From Rhodosorus marinus CCMP1338 (Eukaryota; Plantae; Rhodophyta): a stretch of 64,000 bases of DNA. The stretch lies in the NCBI GenBank assembly GCA_029953675.1, contig JAMWBK010000001.1, positions 2,914,001 through 2,978,000 on the forward strand, read 5' to 3'. Below, piece after piece: positions 22,292 through 34,449 of this stretch. Below the pieces are notes generated by a model. It was not told where the DNA came from. It saw nothing but the letters and a program-made list of their open reading frames with translations, and ran no database searches. Each line of letters opens with the position of its first letter. Positions within the stretch are counted from its first letter, which is position 1. The position numbers were made by a program, and so were the translations under genes.

Positions 22292-22858
22292 ATGGCGTTT
22301 GTTGCAGGGGTTGGCGGTGGAGTGCCTGCGACAGGGAGGGAGGTTAGGACTTGTGAGAGGAGGGGGGTGATTGTGATGGGCAAAGGGAAGGGGAGTGGAC
22401 GGAGAAATGCGCCTTTGAGAAAACCGAATCAGGCCGGGCCAGAGATTCCGGATGATGGGACGCCTATTTTCACGATTTTGGTGAGGTCGGAGAAGGGGGC
22501 GAAGCTGTGGTATCCCTGCGGAGCCGTGCAAGGGGATAAGAGGTCCAAGGGGCTGGTTGAAGGAATGCAATCATCGTGGGGGAAAGCTCTTTATGGGTCT
22601 GCGCTTGACCGAGGCATTGCGGGAACCGTGTACAAGGACGGAAGTCGTTTTACTGAGAATGCCGTTCGCATGTTTCCAGCTCTGCGAAGTTCGATGAACA
22701 ACTTGCAGTTTGGCTACAGGATCTCGGCGGCCGGTATGGAGACCACCAAGACGAAGCTGATCACGGAGGAAATGGGGATGCCTTTTCTCAAGTGGGTCCA
22801 GTACAAGGTATCATCACAGTTTCAGGAACTGACGGGCCAAAAGGCGCCCGCGCAATAG
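22292..22858 (+). CDS. HHL1: HHL1-like plastid protein (PSII photoprotection/repair family)
   Basis: Transit peptide MAFVAGVGGG. PDDGTPIFTILVRS..LWYPCGAVQGD...GKALY..ALDRGIAGTVYKD..FPALRS...FGYRI matches the HHL1 pattern as I recall it. Confidence 0.65.
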   Translation: MAFVAGVGGGVPATGREVRTCERRGVIVMGKGKGSGRRNAPLRKPNQAGPEIPDDGTPIFTILVRSEKGAKLWYPCGAVQGDKRSKGLVEGMQSSWGKALYGSALDRGIAGTVYKDGSRFTENAVRMFPALRSSMNNLQFGYRISAAGMETTKTKLITEEMGMPFLKWVQYKVSSQFQELTGQKAPAQ

Positions 22859-22974
22859 GTCAAATGTGGGCACCACCTCTCTACGAAATAACAAAATAAA
22901 CTGCGAAAATAGATTGAAATTTTTCTACCACAAAAAAATGTTGGTCCTCTTCGAACTGGGTGGAGGTCCCAGCA

Positions 22975-23118
22975 CACGCCTGTATCCTTTATTCGGCAGC
23001 TACCTACCGCAGCGAAATACGACTACTCTATCTTCGCTCTAAACTCACTTAGACCCCCTGTCCAGGGGTCTCATCTAACTTCTAGCTAGTGGGAATTGAT
23101 GGTATAGAGTACCATCAA
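22975..23118 (-). repeat. Dispersed repeat copy B (inverted relative to 1815-1915), with an extra 9-bp hairpin at 23096-23118
   Basis: Matches copy A as described there. TTGATGGTA-tagag-TACCATCAA is a perfect stem. Confidence 0.7.
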
Positions 23119-23954
23119 AGACACAGGAAGTATGGGAATCAAGCACAACCAGAGAGCCGTCGAAAGGATGTCAGAAACGTGTGCGATCTCGTTCAAAGCA
23201 GCTGCTTAAACCGCAACGTCCCAAAAGAGGCCGACAAAAGCTGATCGATGTCAGGCTCGAATGACCAGGTAACAGTGGTCCTTAACCTGCAAATGGCCCT
23301 GCTGAGCGGGTAACATCAGCCATCGTTTTTGGCCTGAGGAAACCAGCTAACTTGGTTTGTGTAATAGTGGCCGTTCTCATTTGGCCAAGGAGTTGTACTG
23401 CTAAGACAAGTGTGGCAACGGCCGTGCGAATGGCCAGGAAAATCCCTTCCTTTGGGTGGGAACAATGGCCATGCCCTTTGGCCTTGAAAACCCATGGTGA
23501 TTCTGGATAGGTAGTATAGGGCTCTCTTATTTGGCCAATGAAATACACTGGAATTGAGACAAATAACATTTGCCATTTTTGTTCCAAGAAAACGGGAATT
23601 TCTGCTTTGAGGCGCTGGCCTTATCAGGAAGACCATTGTCTACCGTGGAGGGAGTCCTAGAGGCTCAGTCTGTTGCTGGGCTTTGCGTTTTGGTCCTTCA
23701 ACATTGGCGGTTTTGTGTGCAAGGAGGAAGACAGGGTTCAGGAAACGCCAAAGAGTGTAAGATCGGAGGCCAACCCCTGGCCCACAAAAACGACATAAAG
23801 GCAGAGCACCACGAGAGACCAAAACAAAAACGAGAGTGTCTTTCTTTGACAAGATAAACACAAGGAGGAAGGAAGGAACGGTAGAACAAGAAAAAGTACT
23901 AGACCCGAAAAAGTCATAGCGCCCGCATGGGCGCTAGATCGTTAAGAGGCGATT

Positions 23955-25073
23955 TCAGGGCTGATCGAGTGTAATCGCGATTCCAAACTTTTGCCCCTTC
24001 TCAAGTTCCTTGACATTAGCGGAGGATGACATGGTCAATTTTGTTGACTTGTCAATGTTCGCGATGTACGCAAGGGAAACAGTCCCGAGGTTGTCCGTTT
24101 TGGCCTTAACCGTTGCTCCATCACCGGTGTACTTGATTCCTGTGGCCATAGATACAGATGTTTTCTCCCTGTTGTATGTAGCTTCAGCAGCAACCTCGTA
24201 CTTTGGCGAGATGGTGTGGCCAAACGCAAGCTTTACAAAGCGATCAGAATCCAGCGGCGGTTTTGTGTTAGCGCTTTTTATCTTCCTGATCAACTGAGCG
24301 TGTAGGTAAGGCATCTCACCTTGAATTTATTAAACTTGTCCGCAGTTGTGAGGGTTAGCTCACTATCTTCGTGGACAAGCGAAGCCCCCAGGCCATACTG
24401 GCTTACAGATTTCGATGCGATCTCGAAGGTTGCGGCTCCTCCAATGTTGAACAATTTGTAGCCGAGGGCTACGCTGTCGGTTACTGTCTGGCTGGTGACA
24501 TCCGCCAGTACAGTTGCGGCCACCTATTTTCATTTCCAATCGAAGCGTTCGTTTGGTAACCGAGCAATCAAAAATGAATCCTCGTACTGAGAGTGCTAGA
24601 TCGTACCATATCATGCTTGTATTCAAGTTTAGTAGACGCGGAGTGGCTTGAAGATCCAAGGGCTACGTTCAATGTATTCTTCAGGCCCTTCACACCCAGC
24701 TGCTCCGAAACCACCTCATTGCTGAGGGCGTTCGCGGTCGTAATTTTGGTCGTAAACGAGTTTCCATAGACCTTGTACTTCCAGCTCAGCGAACCAGATA
24801 TTGCCCCATCTTTGTCGCTTTCGACGCCGGTGGCAGTGAAGTTAACAGCGTCCGCTGTTGTAGTTTTCACCTCGACTTTCTTTCCAACGACGAAGTCATC
24901 GTTCAGAAGCTCTGGTCGGAAGGGGTGCGAACATTAGAAACAACACAGAGGCACCATCAGATTAGCAAAAAATTCTGACGAATTCGTCAACAACAACACA
25001 CAGGGACAAACGAAGAACGGAAACCCTTACTCTTCGCGGACTTGCCGAAATCAGAAAACGACTTGACAACCAT
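23955..25073 (-). CDS. VDAC: Mitochondrial outer-membrane porin (VDAC), multi-exon
   Basis: N-terminus MVVKSFSDFGKSAK / LLNDDF. Amphipathic beta-strand pattern. C-terminus VKAKTDNLGTVSLAY..KLTMSSSANVKELEKGQKFGIAITLD. Confidence 0.93.
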
Positions 25074-26202
25074 CCTTGCTAAAACTCGCCGGGTAAAAAA
25101 ATCCAACAAGGCCCTTTCAATCCAACGTCGCTTCTAATCAAGCCAGATCCAAACGACTCTACCCTTCGCAGCTATCTAACCAGCTCCCAGGGTCCGTCCT
25201 CTCGATCTAGTTGCGTCCGTACTTACCTGAACCGATATATTGATACAAAACAAATCCCCGGCCGCGCGAGAAGAGCCCGGAAAAATTTTCCATCAGAAGA
25301 GAAATTGTATTCCACGATCTGATGGATTCTCCAAGCAAAGGACTGGCAGTGTACTGTGAATGTGGATCGCGTGTTGTTGTGGTGGTGGGCAGTATGTCTA
25401 ATTGTGTTGACCACAATCTCCAGTCTATACAGTTGGAAATCTAAAATTTCCGTGACTTCGACAACGACTGAAGGTGAGGTGACAACTCTAAAGCAATATC
25501 GCGTCCAACTTCGGCGACGCCAGCATCTGGATGACTCAACGCCAATGGGACATTGTCCCCTTCGCGTCAGGGATGTCCAGTCCTTTTCCCGGGCAAATGT
25601 GTGAGTAGCCACGATAGCAAAGACTTCAGCGAAGCCTTCCAATCTTCAACTCCAGCCCCGATCTCCTTCCAAGCCTCTCCGACAAGCGGAGCCCATAGCC
25701 AGCAAAGAACCACTCGACCTCGAACGGTAAAAATGTAATAGGACAGCCTGTCCCACTCGGTTATGCACTCAAACCCTGTCTTTCCATCTGTACTTTTTTG
25801 AACGAAAATTGGACCAATTCTATAACAGTTCTACTCACTCAGAGGAATGATCAGTCAATTTTCGCAAAATAGGATTGAATATAGTCAATATCTTTATATT
25901 GATTGATATTGAGGTGGTGGTCGAACGACAGATAAAGGGTGCCTTTGCTTTTCAGGAGCGGCGGATGAGGGGTTTGACTTGTTTCCTTTCAATTACATGT
26001 TAGAGAGACTATGGGAGCTTTCACTGTAGGTTGTTAACTGATGGGCATTTAGGAGGTGGTTCAGCTCTGTGTATATATCCGTTCAAGCTTCCGCGGTTTT
26101 GGTCCCAACCTGCGACTTTGCCGAGAAGGGTGGTGCTTGGTTTTGCTGGGTAAGCCGATTGGCTTTCTCTTTTGTGTTCTTGTTGGCTTTTTGATATTAG
26201 GG

Positions 26203-27017
26203 ATGACGATTGCATTTTTAACGCCTGTTGTGCTGAAAAGCAAGGTCTCGCCTCGGGCGCGGAGGCATTTGACAATGAGCTCGAGTCGTGGTGGAGTAAA
26301 CACCGTGAAAATCTGTGGAATGCACACTCCGGAGGATGCTAGAATGGTAGTGGAGGAGGCTAGGAACCTCCTTCCGGAAGACGTTAGCCTTATGCTCGGC
26401 ATGATTATGTGGCCGGGCTCGAAAAGATACGTGTCTACTGACGTTGCCTCGAAAATAGCTTGTATCGCGAAAGATGCTGGGATACCATCTGTTGGAGTAT
26501 TCGTCGACGAAGATGCAAACACAATGATAGCTGCCAGAGATGCCGCAGGTAAGAAGGAGCTTAAGGACTCATCTTCAAAAGATTTGTACTAACCAGGGAC
26601 CGACGCGCGTTGCTAGGTTTAGATTTCGTTCAACTACACGGAAAGGCAAGCAGAGATCAGTATGATGGCCTCCCCCCTGAAACACCCAAGCTGTACGTCG
26701 TCGATGTGAAGTCTAACGGCGAGTACACAATCGATAGACCGCTGTCGGAAAAGGATCTCGTCCTATTTGACTCTAAAGGCGGGGGTACGGGCCGGCCTTT
26801 CAACTGGGAAAAGTTCTCCAAACCACTCCACCCTCGTTGGTTGGTTGCCGGCGGCCTATCGCCAGATAATATCACCACTGCATTGACGAGCCTTGATCCT
26901 TGGGGAGTTGATGTTGCAAGCGGTGTCAACGACGAAGGCGGAATCCGAAAGGACAGGGCCAAACTTCAACGCTTCTTGTCCCATATATCAAAATTCTATG
27001 ACCTAACAGCAAACTAA
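26203..27017 (+). CDS. trpF: Phosphoribosylanthranilate isomerase, plastid-targeted, 1 intron (about 26549-26616)
   Basis: VKICGM, VGVFVDE, LDFVQLHG, LFDSKGGGTGRPFNW, LVAGGLSPDNI, PWGVDVASGV. Confidence 0.95.
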
Positions 27018-27751
27018 CAACCAATTAGAACATAGACGATGTTTCAAACTTGTGAATTATTATTGGATTCTAAACGAACAACAAAGCAAAACATATAAAA
27101 AATAAAGTATCCAGTCAAACGCTCGTAATTTTAAAAGATTGACACCCGCAATTAATTAAAAAATAAGTATATAAAAGCTGGATAATACACGGACGGCCGG
27201 AACCTTTCGAATATTATTCCAAATAAAATTTCCTGCTCTTCAATAAACTAAAACAAATTAAAACTGTTATGAATGTATTACCAAAATACAATTAATTATG
27301 ACCAATAAATATGGATTAAGAGGTAGGTGTTATTTTTAAAGGGGATTAGGAGAAAATTCGCCCGCGCTGCAGTGATGATGTGGAAGTGTCCCGGATATAT
27401 GTATCCAATGTTTTTAGGAAGAAATTTTGTTGCCAAAGTAAGAATGGCGAATGTTTGCGTTTGGTAACATTGGGAGGGACTTCTTTGGCCAATGGGATTA
27501 GGTCAAAAACGGGGTTTTTGCAAAAGAATCTTCCCTTGCACAAAATGGATAAATAGTCTTGAAATGGAAAGGACATGGAAAAATAGGGTTTGGGGAGCTG
27601 TGGGGGAGCGGGGGGAAGGGCGGCGGAGGTTTGAGTTGTTATGTGCTTGACCACAGTAGTGTTTTTGTGACTGAGAGAAGGTATTGCTGTTGCTTGTTTT
27701 TGCTTTACGAGGAGTGTAAAGTTTCTGCGCGTGAGGATTGCTTTGCGCAGG

Positions 27752-29773
27752 ATGAATGGGCATGCTCCTGCAGATGGGGATCTGGCAAACCCCAAGGCCA
27801 AAACTTCAACGTGAGCAGCTTTTCTGTTTTTCGGAAAGCGAGGATTTTCTTTGATTTTTTTGGCAGCCTTGGTTGAAATCTGGTTCGTTTTCGCTTATTG
27901 TTTTTGGTTTCAGGCCAGCTTTCCCAGAAGAAGAACTGTACAAGTACCTCGATGGCTTCCCAGCGGCAGAGGTTTTCGACGGTAGTCCGGTATGAAGCGT
28001 CGCACGTTGCTTTGTTGCTCAATGAGTGCAGCTCTAATGTTGTTTTCCTCCGTTTTCCGTTTGGGTAGGTTGGCCGCTCGTACGCGGACTTCATTCTGCT
28101 TCCCGGGCATATCTACTTTGCTGCTGACGACGTCTGCCTGGACTCAAGGGCGACAAAGAATGTTCGCTTGCACACCCCAATGATAAGCTCCCCCATGGAC
28201 ACTGTGACAGAAAGCTTGATGGTATGCGAGCACTGGATTTCCACGCTTTGCCACAGTTTCAGTTCTTGGCTTACAGGAGAGAGGGTTTGTCGCGCTGGAA
28301 ATATACAGGCTAGGAACATGGCCCTGCAGGGAGGTCTCGGTATCATCCACTACAACAATACAATGGAGGAACAACGACGTGAGGTGGACAAGGTGAAGCG
28401 ATTTGAGAACGGGTTTATTACTGACCCGAAGACCCTGAGCCCCGAAGACACGATCGCAGACGCGCTGGCTATCAAGGAGCGATATGGTTTCTCAGGCATT
28501 CCGATCACCTTGAGCGGAGGCATGTACAGCAAGCTGGTTGGGATCGTAACAAACAGAGACATTGAGTTCATTCGCAACAAGAACACCCCTCTTGCTGATG
28601 TCATGACCAAAGAAATAGAAACGGCCATGGAAGGATGTACACTGGGCCAGGCGTATGATATTTTGAAGATCAGCAAGAAGGGAAAGCTTCCGATCGTCAA
28701 TGCAAACTATGAGTTGGTGCGTGCCGGGGCCTTAGTAGTGCGAAGTCGTCCAGATGGGACAGCAATGAATTTGACGCTCGTGCTTCCTGCTGCTCGTCAT
28801 ACTGACTAGGTTGGCCTTGTTGCCCGGAACGACATAAAGAAGAACCTGGAGTTTCCGAACGCGAACGTTCACGCAGGCGATAAGAAACTCTTGTGCGGAG
28901 CTGCCATTGGAACGCGACCGGAGGATCGAGATCGGCTTGACGAGCTCACAAAGGTGAACGTGGACGTCGTCGTGCTCGATTCCTCGCAGGGGGACTCTCT
29001 GTACCAAATCGAAATGATTAAGTACATCAAGACCAAATACCCTCACTTGGATGTGCTCGCGGGCAACGTTGTAACTCAGACTCAAGCTTACCACCTGATC
29101 AAGAGCGGCGCAGATGGCTTGAGAGTTGGCATGGGATCTGGGTCCATTTGCACAACACAAGAGGTGATGGCCTGCGGGAGGCCACAGGTAAGCACTCAAA
29201 ATATGAAAAGGCATGTGATCGTCGCAGATGTTTTCTGAGATGCGTGTGGACTATCTTCATCAGGCTACCGCTGTGTACAAGGTGGCGTCGATTGCGAGGG
29301 AATATGGTATTCCAGTGATTGCAGACGGAGGCATTGCCAACAGTGGCCACGTTATCAAGGCACTTGCTTCCGGAGCGTCTGCGGCGATGATGGGATCGAT
29401 GCTTGCTGGCACTGAAGAAGCGCCCGGGGAGTACTTTTACAAGGACGGTATTCGGCTTAAGAAATACCGGGGCATGGGGTCGTTGGAAGCAATGACAAAG
29501 GGATCTGCAAACCGTTACTTCTCAGATAACAAGAAAATCAAGGTTGCCCAAGGGGTGAGCGGTGCAGTTGCCGACAAGGGATCAGTTAGGAAATACCTGC
29601 CCTACTTAATCCAAGGGGTTAAGCACGGTTTCCAAGACCTGGGGGTCATGAGCGTCGACGAGCTGCACAAAAATATCTACAATGGACGCCTCCGATTCCA
29701 GGTTAGAAGCGCGGCCGCGCAAGCCGAAGGAGGTGTCCACAGCCTCTATACTTACGAGAAGAGCGCCATCTAA
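27752..29773 (+). CDS. IMPDH: Inosine-5'-monophosphate dehydrogenase, multi-exon
   Basis: [32 protein letters not shown] pair, catalytic loop [34 protein letters not shown]. Confidence 0.97.
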
Positions 29774-30037
29774 TATTGCCGAGACGATAATAAAGACAGT
29801 AGAACTACCCAACGCACTTCAGAAACGGAATTACGAGGAGGGAAGCCTCTTTCCCTCCTGTAACTTCCTTCTTGATTAACTGATCGAAGACGGTTAGTAG
29901 TTAATATGCTTATCAACCATCACTCAACTTCCAAGAACGTCATAGCCTCTCAGGGATCACAAGAGACATGACTTGCACCAATCCAAGCCGTTCAAAAAGC
30001 TAATCCACGAGGAATTCGTACAGTGACGTTCCATGGG

Positions 30038-30112
30038 GACAGCCTGTCATTTATAAGGACAGTCTGTAAAATAAAATAGGACAAACTGTCCTAAAGTATT
30101 GGACAGATTGTC
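30038..30112. promoter_or_regulatory. Array of four GACA-N3-TGTC palindromes about 300 nt upstream of RPS9
   Basis: GACAGCCTGTC 30038, GACAGTCTGTA 30058 (1 mismatch), GACAAACTGTC 30080, GACAGATTGTC 30102. Function is inferred. Confidence 0.55.
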
Positions 30113-30401
30113 CATTTATTTTATTTGCATTTTTCAAATAAAGACGTCGACGGCGACGTTCCTCATGAAAAATGGAATGGTTGTTGAGGACGCCTCATAA
30201 TAGATTCGAAAAATGGATGACACAGGGGAATCTGGGTTTTTGGGGTTGTTTTGAGGGTTTTTGACTTGAGCTGATTCAAAAAGGGATGGTTTTGAAGGGT
30301 TTTTGAGGGGAGAGGGAGAGCGGGGTGGGATTGGGAAAGGGTTGTGTGCGGGTAGTTGGTATTGGGTGGGTTGACTGAAGCTTTTGAGTTGGTGAGGAAG
30401 G

Positions 30402-31077
30402 ATGGGTAGGAACTATAGGAACTGTTCGAAAACGTCGCGTGTGCCGCGTCGTCCATTCGAGAAGGATCGAATTGACGCTGAGCTGAAGCTGGTTGGAAAG
30501 TATGGACTGAAGAACAAGCGTGAGGTGTGGAGGGTCGGACTGGTATTGTCGAAGATCCGTGCGACTGCGCGAGAGCTGCTGACTTTGGATGAGAAGGATA
30601 CTAAGCGAATCTTTGAAGGTACCGCTATGTTGAAGAGGCTCACGCGATTGGGGTTGCTCGATGACAACAAGCAGGCGCTCGATTACGTGCTTTCGTTGAA
30701 GACCGAGGATTTCTTGGATCGCCGCTTGCAGACTAGAGTATTCCAGTTGGGACTGGCGAAAACCATTCATCATGCCCGTGTGCAAATTTGGCAGCGGCAT
30801 ATTCGGTATGAACGCCCTTCACCTCATATCTGTTCACATATGAATCCGTATTCGGAAAAACCTCAAACTGAATGGCGTTCTCGTGTTTCGTTTTGCTTCC
30901 TTCAGCGTTGGAAAGCAGGTCGTCGATGTGCCTTCTTTCACGGTTAGGACTGATTCAGAGAAGCATATCGATATCGCCTTGGGATCGGCTCTAGGTGGAG
31001 GTAAACCAGGACGCGTGAAGAGGAAGAAGATGAGGAGGGCCGAGGCAGGTGGTGGCGATGATGATGACGAGGAATAG
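30402..31077 (+). CDS. RPS9: 40S ribosomal protein S9 (uS4), 1 intron
   Basis: [73 protein letters not shown]. Confidence 0.98.
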
Positions 31078-32582
31078 ATACCCTAAATTTCGCCCCGCAA
31101 CTATCCAACGCAAAGCTCGAAAATAGAATTAGCAAAGGCGAAACCACAGAGCTGCAAAGAGAGCTAACGGTACGACTCTTTTGCTCTTAGTTTCATGTTT
31201 TTTTTATCAAGCTTACTAAATGTAAAGAATAAGCATCAACCCTAGACGCCCACTCTCGTAATACTGGGCTTTTCCTCCGGTACAAGCGGGTCCAGTAGTG
31301 GACTAAATTGTGCAAGTCCACCCACAGAAGCCTCAGCCATGATAATGAACAGGCGGGGAGTTCCTGCATGGTACCGCACCGAGACAATACATCAATTTCT
31401 CACAGTCTTTGCGCTTCGAACGATCCCTGCCTACGACTGTGGGTTTTCTCCGCACTTGGCAACGAAAGCGCTCCTCCTGTCGTCCACACACGTCAGAAAT
31501 CGCTTCGACTTCATCTGGTTGAAGCTGCTGCTGGTCGGCGGAGTGGACAAGCGAACAAAAACGACTAAAGTTCCCCGACAGAGAAGAGCTCGGAAAATAT
31601 TTGGAGTACAAGAGATACTCCAAACATTTTTCTAGGCAGTCATCAGATAAGGGTTATCTCGGGCACAGCATCAGTACAACAGACCACTTGCGCGATACCA
31701 GGCCCGATTATCGGGCCTTCTCCTCAGCGACAACCATCGCAAAACCGAAGATCGATAGCCTGTCAGAACAGATCTCGAATGTGAAGTATCAAAGCCCTTT
31801 GGCTTCGGTCGCGCGAGAGCCTCCTGCAGCAAAGTGCGACCAACAGACCCTCCGAGCAGGTCACGACATATCCATCAAGTTCGTTCGTGCAAACATCTGT
31901 CTCTCGAACGCATAAGACCTGGAAGGGAAGGAAACGGGGTACGGTAGGGGTCCCAAACGTATCAAGATTCGACAAACCAGCTCAATCGATCTGAAGAAAG
32001 ACGCTAGCTGTACCCATCCGAAGCCCACGGGACGAAACGGTCCTCAACGAAGCAACTCCACTCTAACCGAATTTTTTTTATTTCTTCATTAGATATTATT
32101 CAATAAAAATATGACACGATACCTACAATCTATTTTACAAACGCATAATTGGATAAAAGCTGATAGATATACACAAATCACCAATTAAGTTTTGACACGA
32201 CACCGTTCTTCTACGCTAAAAGTATATAATTGGATACATTCTCAAGTATGGTAAAGTAGGGTACTTAGCAGGATCATTTACTTTCAAAAGAAGTTTTTTT
32301 GATGGTTTGTGATATTGATTTGAATGCAATGGAAAAAAGGGCATTTTTGATTGCTTAGTGCTTAATGGCATTGGTGAAGGTAAAGGGGGAGATCGGTTTG
32401 CTGACTGTCTGGTCTAAGGAGGGAGAGGGTTTGGGAGATCTCTGGGGTAGATGATTGCGAATATTCTGGTTTTTAAGTGACCTATGGAGTTTTTATGAGG
32501 TTAGAGATCATCTTGAGGGAGTAATATTTTCTGTTTAACCTTTTTTGGGGCCGGGGGGGGGCGGGGGGTCATGTGTGTGAGG

Positions 32583-33571
32583 ATGGTAGGGTTTGTGGGT
32601 GGCCAGAGATTTCTGGAATGTAGGAAGGTGGGGTCGAGGAAGGTTTGTGGTGGGTTTAGTATAGTTAGGATGGCTCCGGAGCCGTTGGAGCCGGAGAAAC
32701 CGCCGGCAAGGCCTCCAGGGAGGGAGGAGCCAGTACCGAGTATGCCGTTTCCCACACCAATGGTTGCCGTTGGAGATGGACAGATGGATATTTACTCGAG
32801 GTTGGCAAAGGATAGAATTCTTGTGCTTGGAAGGCCTGTTGATGATGAGGTATGAATAGATGGGCCCCGTTTCGATTGATGAAAAGTTCTGGAGGCTGCT
32901 CGGATCGTGTGGATGTGGTTGTCAAGGTCTCTACCTCTGCCTCAAGATAAAACTATCATCTTAATGCCGCTCTTACATTCTACTTATCTCGTAGGTTGCC
33001 AACTCACTCGTAGCTCAAATGCTGTACCTTTCATCGGAGCATGCGGACAGAGACATCACAATGTACATCAACTCACCTGGAGGATCTGTATCTGCTGGAA
33101 TGGCAATCTTCGACGCCATGCAGTTCATTCCTTGTGATATTCAGACGATCTGCTACGGCGTTGCGGCGTCTATGGGTGAGTTTTAAAAGAGAAAGAAAGA
33201 ATTCCCAAAGATACTCACAGAAGCTGGCCGTATTCGGCCCTGGATCCGCAGGAGCATTCCTGCTTGGAGCTGGGACGAAAGGAAAGCGCAAGGCACTCCC
33301 CAATGCCAGAATAATGATCCACCAGCCCATGGGTGGTGCTCAGGGACAAGCAGCTGACATCGCTATCCAAGCCCGAGAGATCCTCTTCGTGAAGAATATG
33401 TTAAACAGCTACATGGCATCCTACACGGGTCAGAGCATTGACAAGATCGTCAGAGACACTGACAGGGATTATTTCCTGACCCCTGTCGAGGCCAAGGCCT
33501 ACGGGATCATCGATGAAGTCATCCAGACCCGAGTTAAGGTCCCGAGAATCTCGAAAATCGAGCTCTTGTAG
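32583..33571 (+). CDS. clpP: Plastid ATP-dependent Clp protease proteolytic subunit, 2 introns
   Basis: Transit peptide [31 protein letters not shown]. Catalytic triad intact: AASMG, MIHQP, GQAADI. Confidence 0.95.
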
Positions 33572-34449
33572 GAAACTTGTTCGTCCTGGGGATAAAATTT
33601 GGACGATTGGGTGAATTCGTACGGACCGTTACAGCTCTTCAGAGTCTTCTGCATGAACTAGCTTCAACAAATACAGCGCTTGCCGAAGGCAAGCCGAACA
33701 TCTCTTACTGAAGCTCTGTCTCATTCACCAAGCAACTTGCCTTCCCCGCCGTCACCATGTGGATCTCATCAATCTTCATCTATTTTACCATCGTGTGGTC
33801 AAAAAAACAAAACAGACTTGGCAACGGAAACACATCAGTTAATTTTCAACCTAGATATAAACTAAAAAATATAATATTAAAAATATTTTACACGGCTATT
33901 TAATATTTCTATTGGTTTTCCAACATATTCGCACAGTTTCTCATCTAAATTTATTACATAATATATTCAAAATACAGTCTCTAATATTTTAATTTCAATA
34001 TACTCATATTGTTTTTGTTATAAATTAATAAAATAGACACGTGGATAGACTACATTTGGTATATTTCAAATACGGGTACATTAATATTTATATTCAACTC
34101 TATTTTATTGAATTTAATTTCTTAAGAGCCGATCCAGAGTATTTTTCTAGTTGAATAAAATAGATGGTAATTTTGATATGTTTTTTCTTGAAAACTTAAT
34201 GGTATTTTTTTTTTGTTTGTCGTGGCTCGTCAACGAGATTTTCCATTTTGGTTGAGGTCGCGGGTCGAGGAGATGAAGGGATATTAGTGTTGGTTGGGGT
34301 TTGGAGAGAGGTTGGGGTGGGGAAGGAAGGGACTTGTATATCCTTTTTTTCTTGGGGGCGGGTTTCGTGAACTCGGAAGAAAGAAGGAAGCTATCTGGGT
34401 TGATTGGGTACAAGTCTCTTTGGATTTTTTTTTTTTTGGGGGGGGGGTG

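Noticed and set aside
23282-23889. Gene or transposon ORF between the HHL1-like gene and VDAC
   Set aside because: Several overlapping short ORFs with no recognisable motif or consistent splice model.
23917-23936. 8-bp hairpins at 23917-23936 and 31700-31718, and a nested GC hairpin at 18633-18663
   Set aside because: Short stems of this size are expected occasionally in 64 kb, and there is no recurrence or other support.
30276-30800. Long antisense ORFs over RPS9, chlP, IMPDH, RedCAP, H3, BAG and others
   Set aside because: Shadow frames of well-supported genes on the other strand.
31193-31975. Gene between RPS9 and ClpP
   Set aside because: Only short conflicting ORFs on both strands; no family signal.
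34294-34449. N-terminal extension of the SET ORF, and likewise 22190-22291, 26056-26202 and 38662-38757
   Set aside because: These are low-complexity leader or intron sequence read from non-ATG starts. Downstream ATGs or spliced first exons give proper transit peptides.
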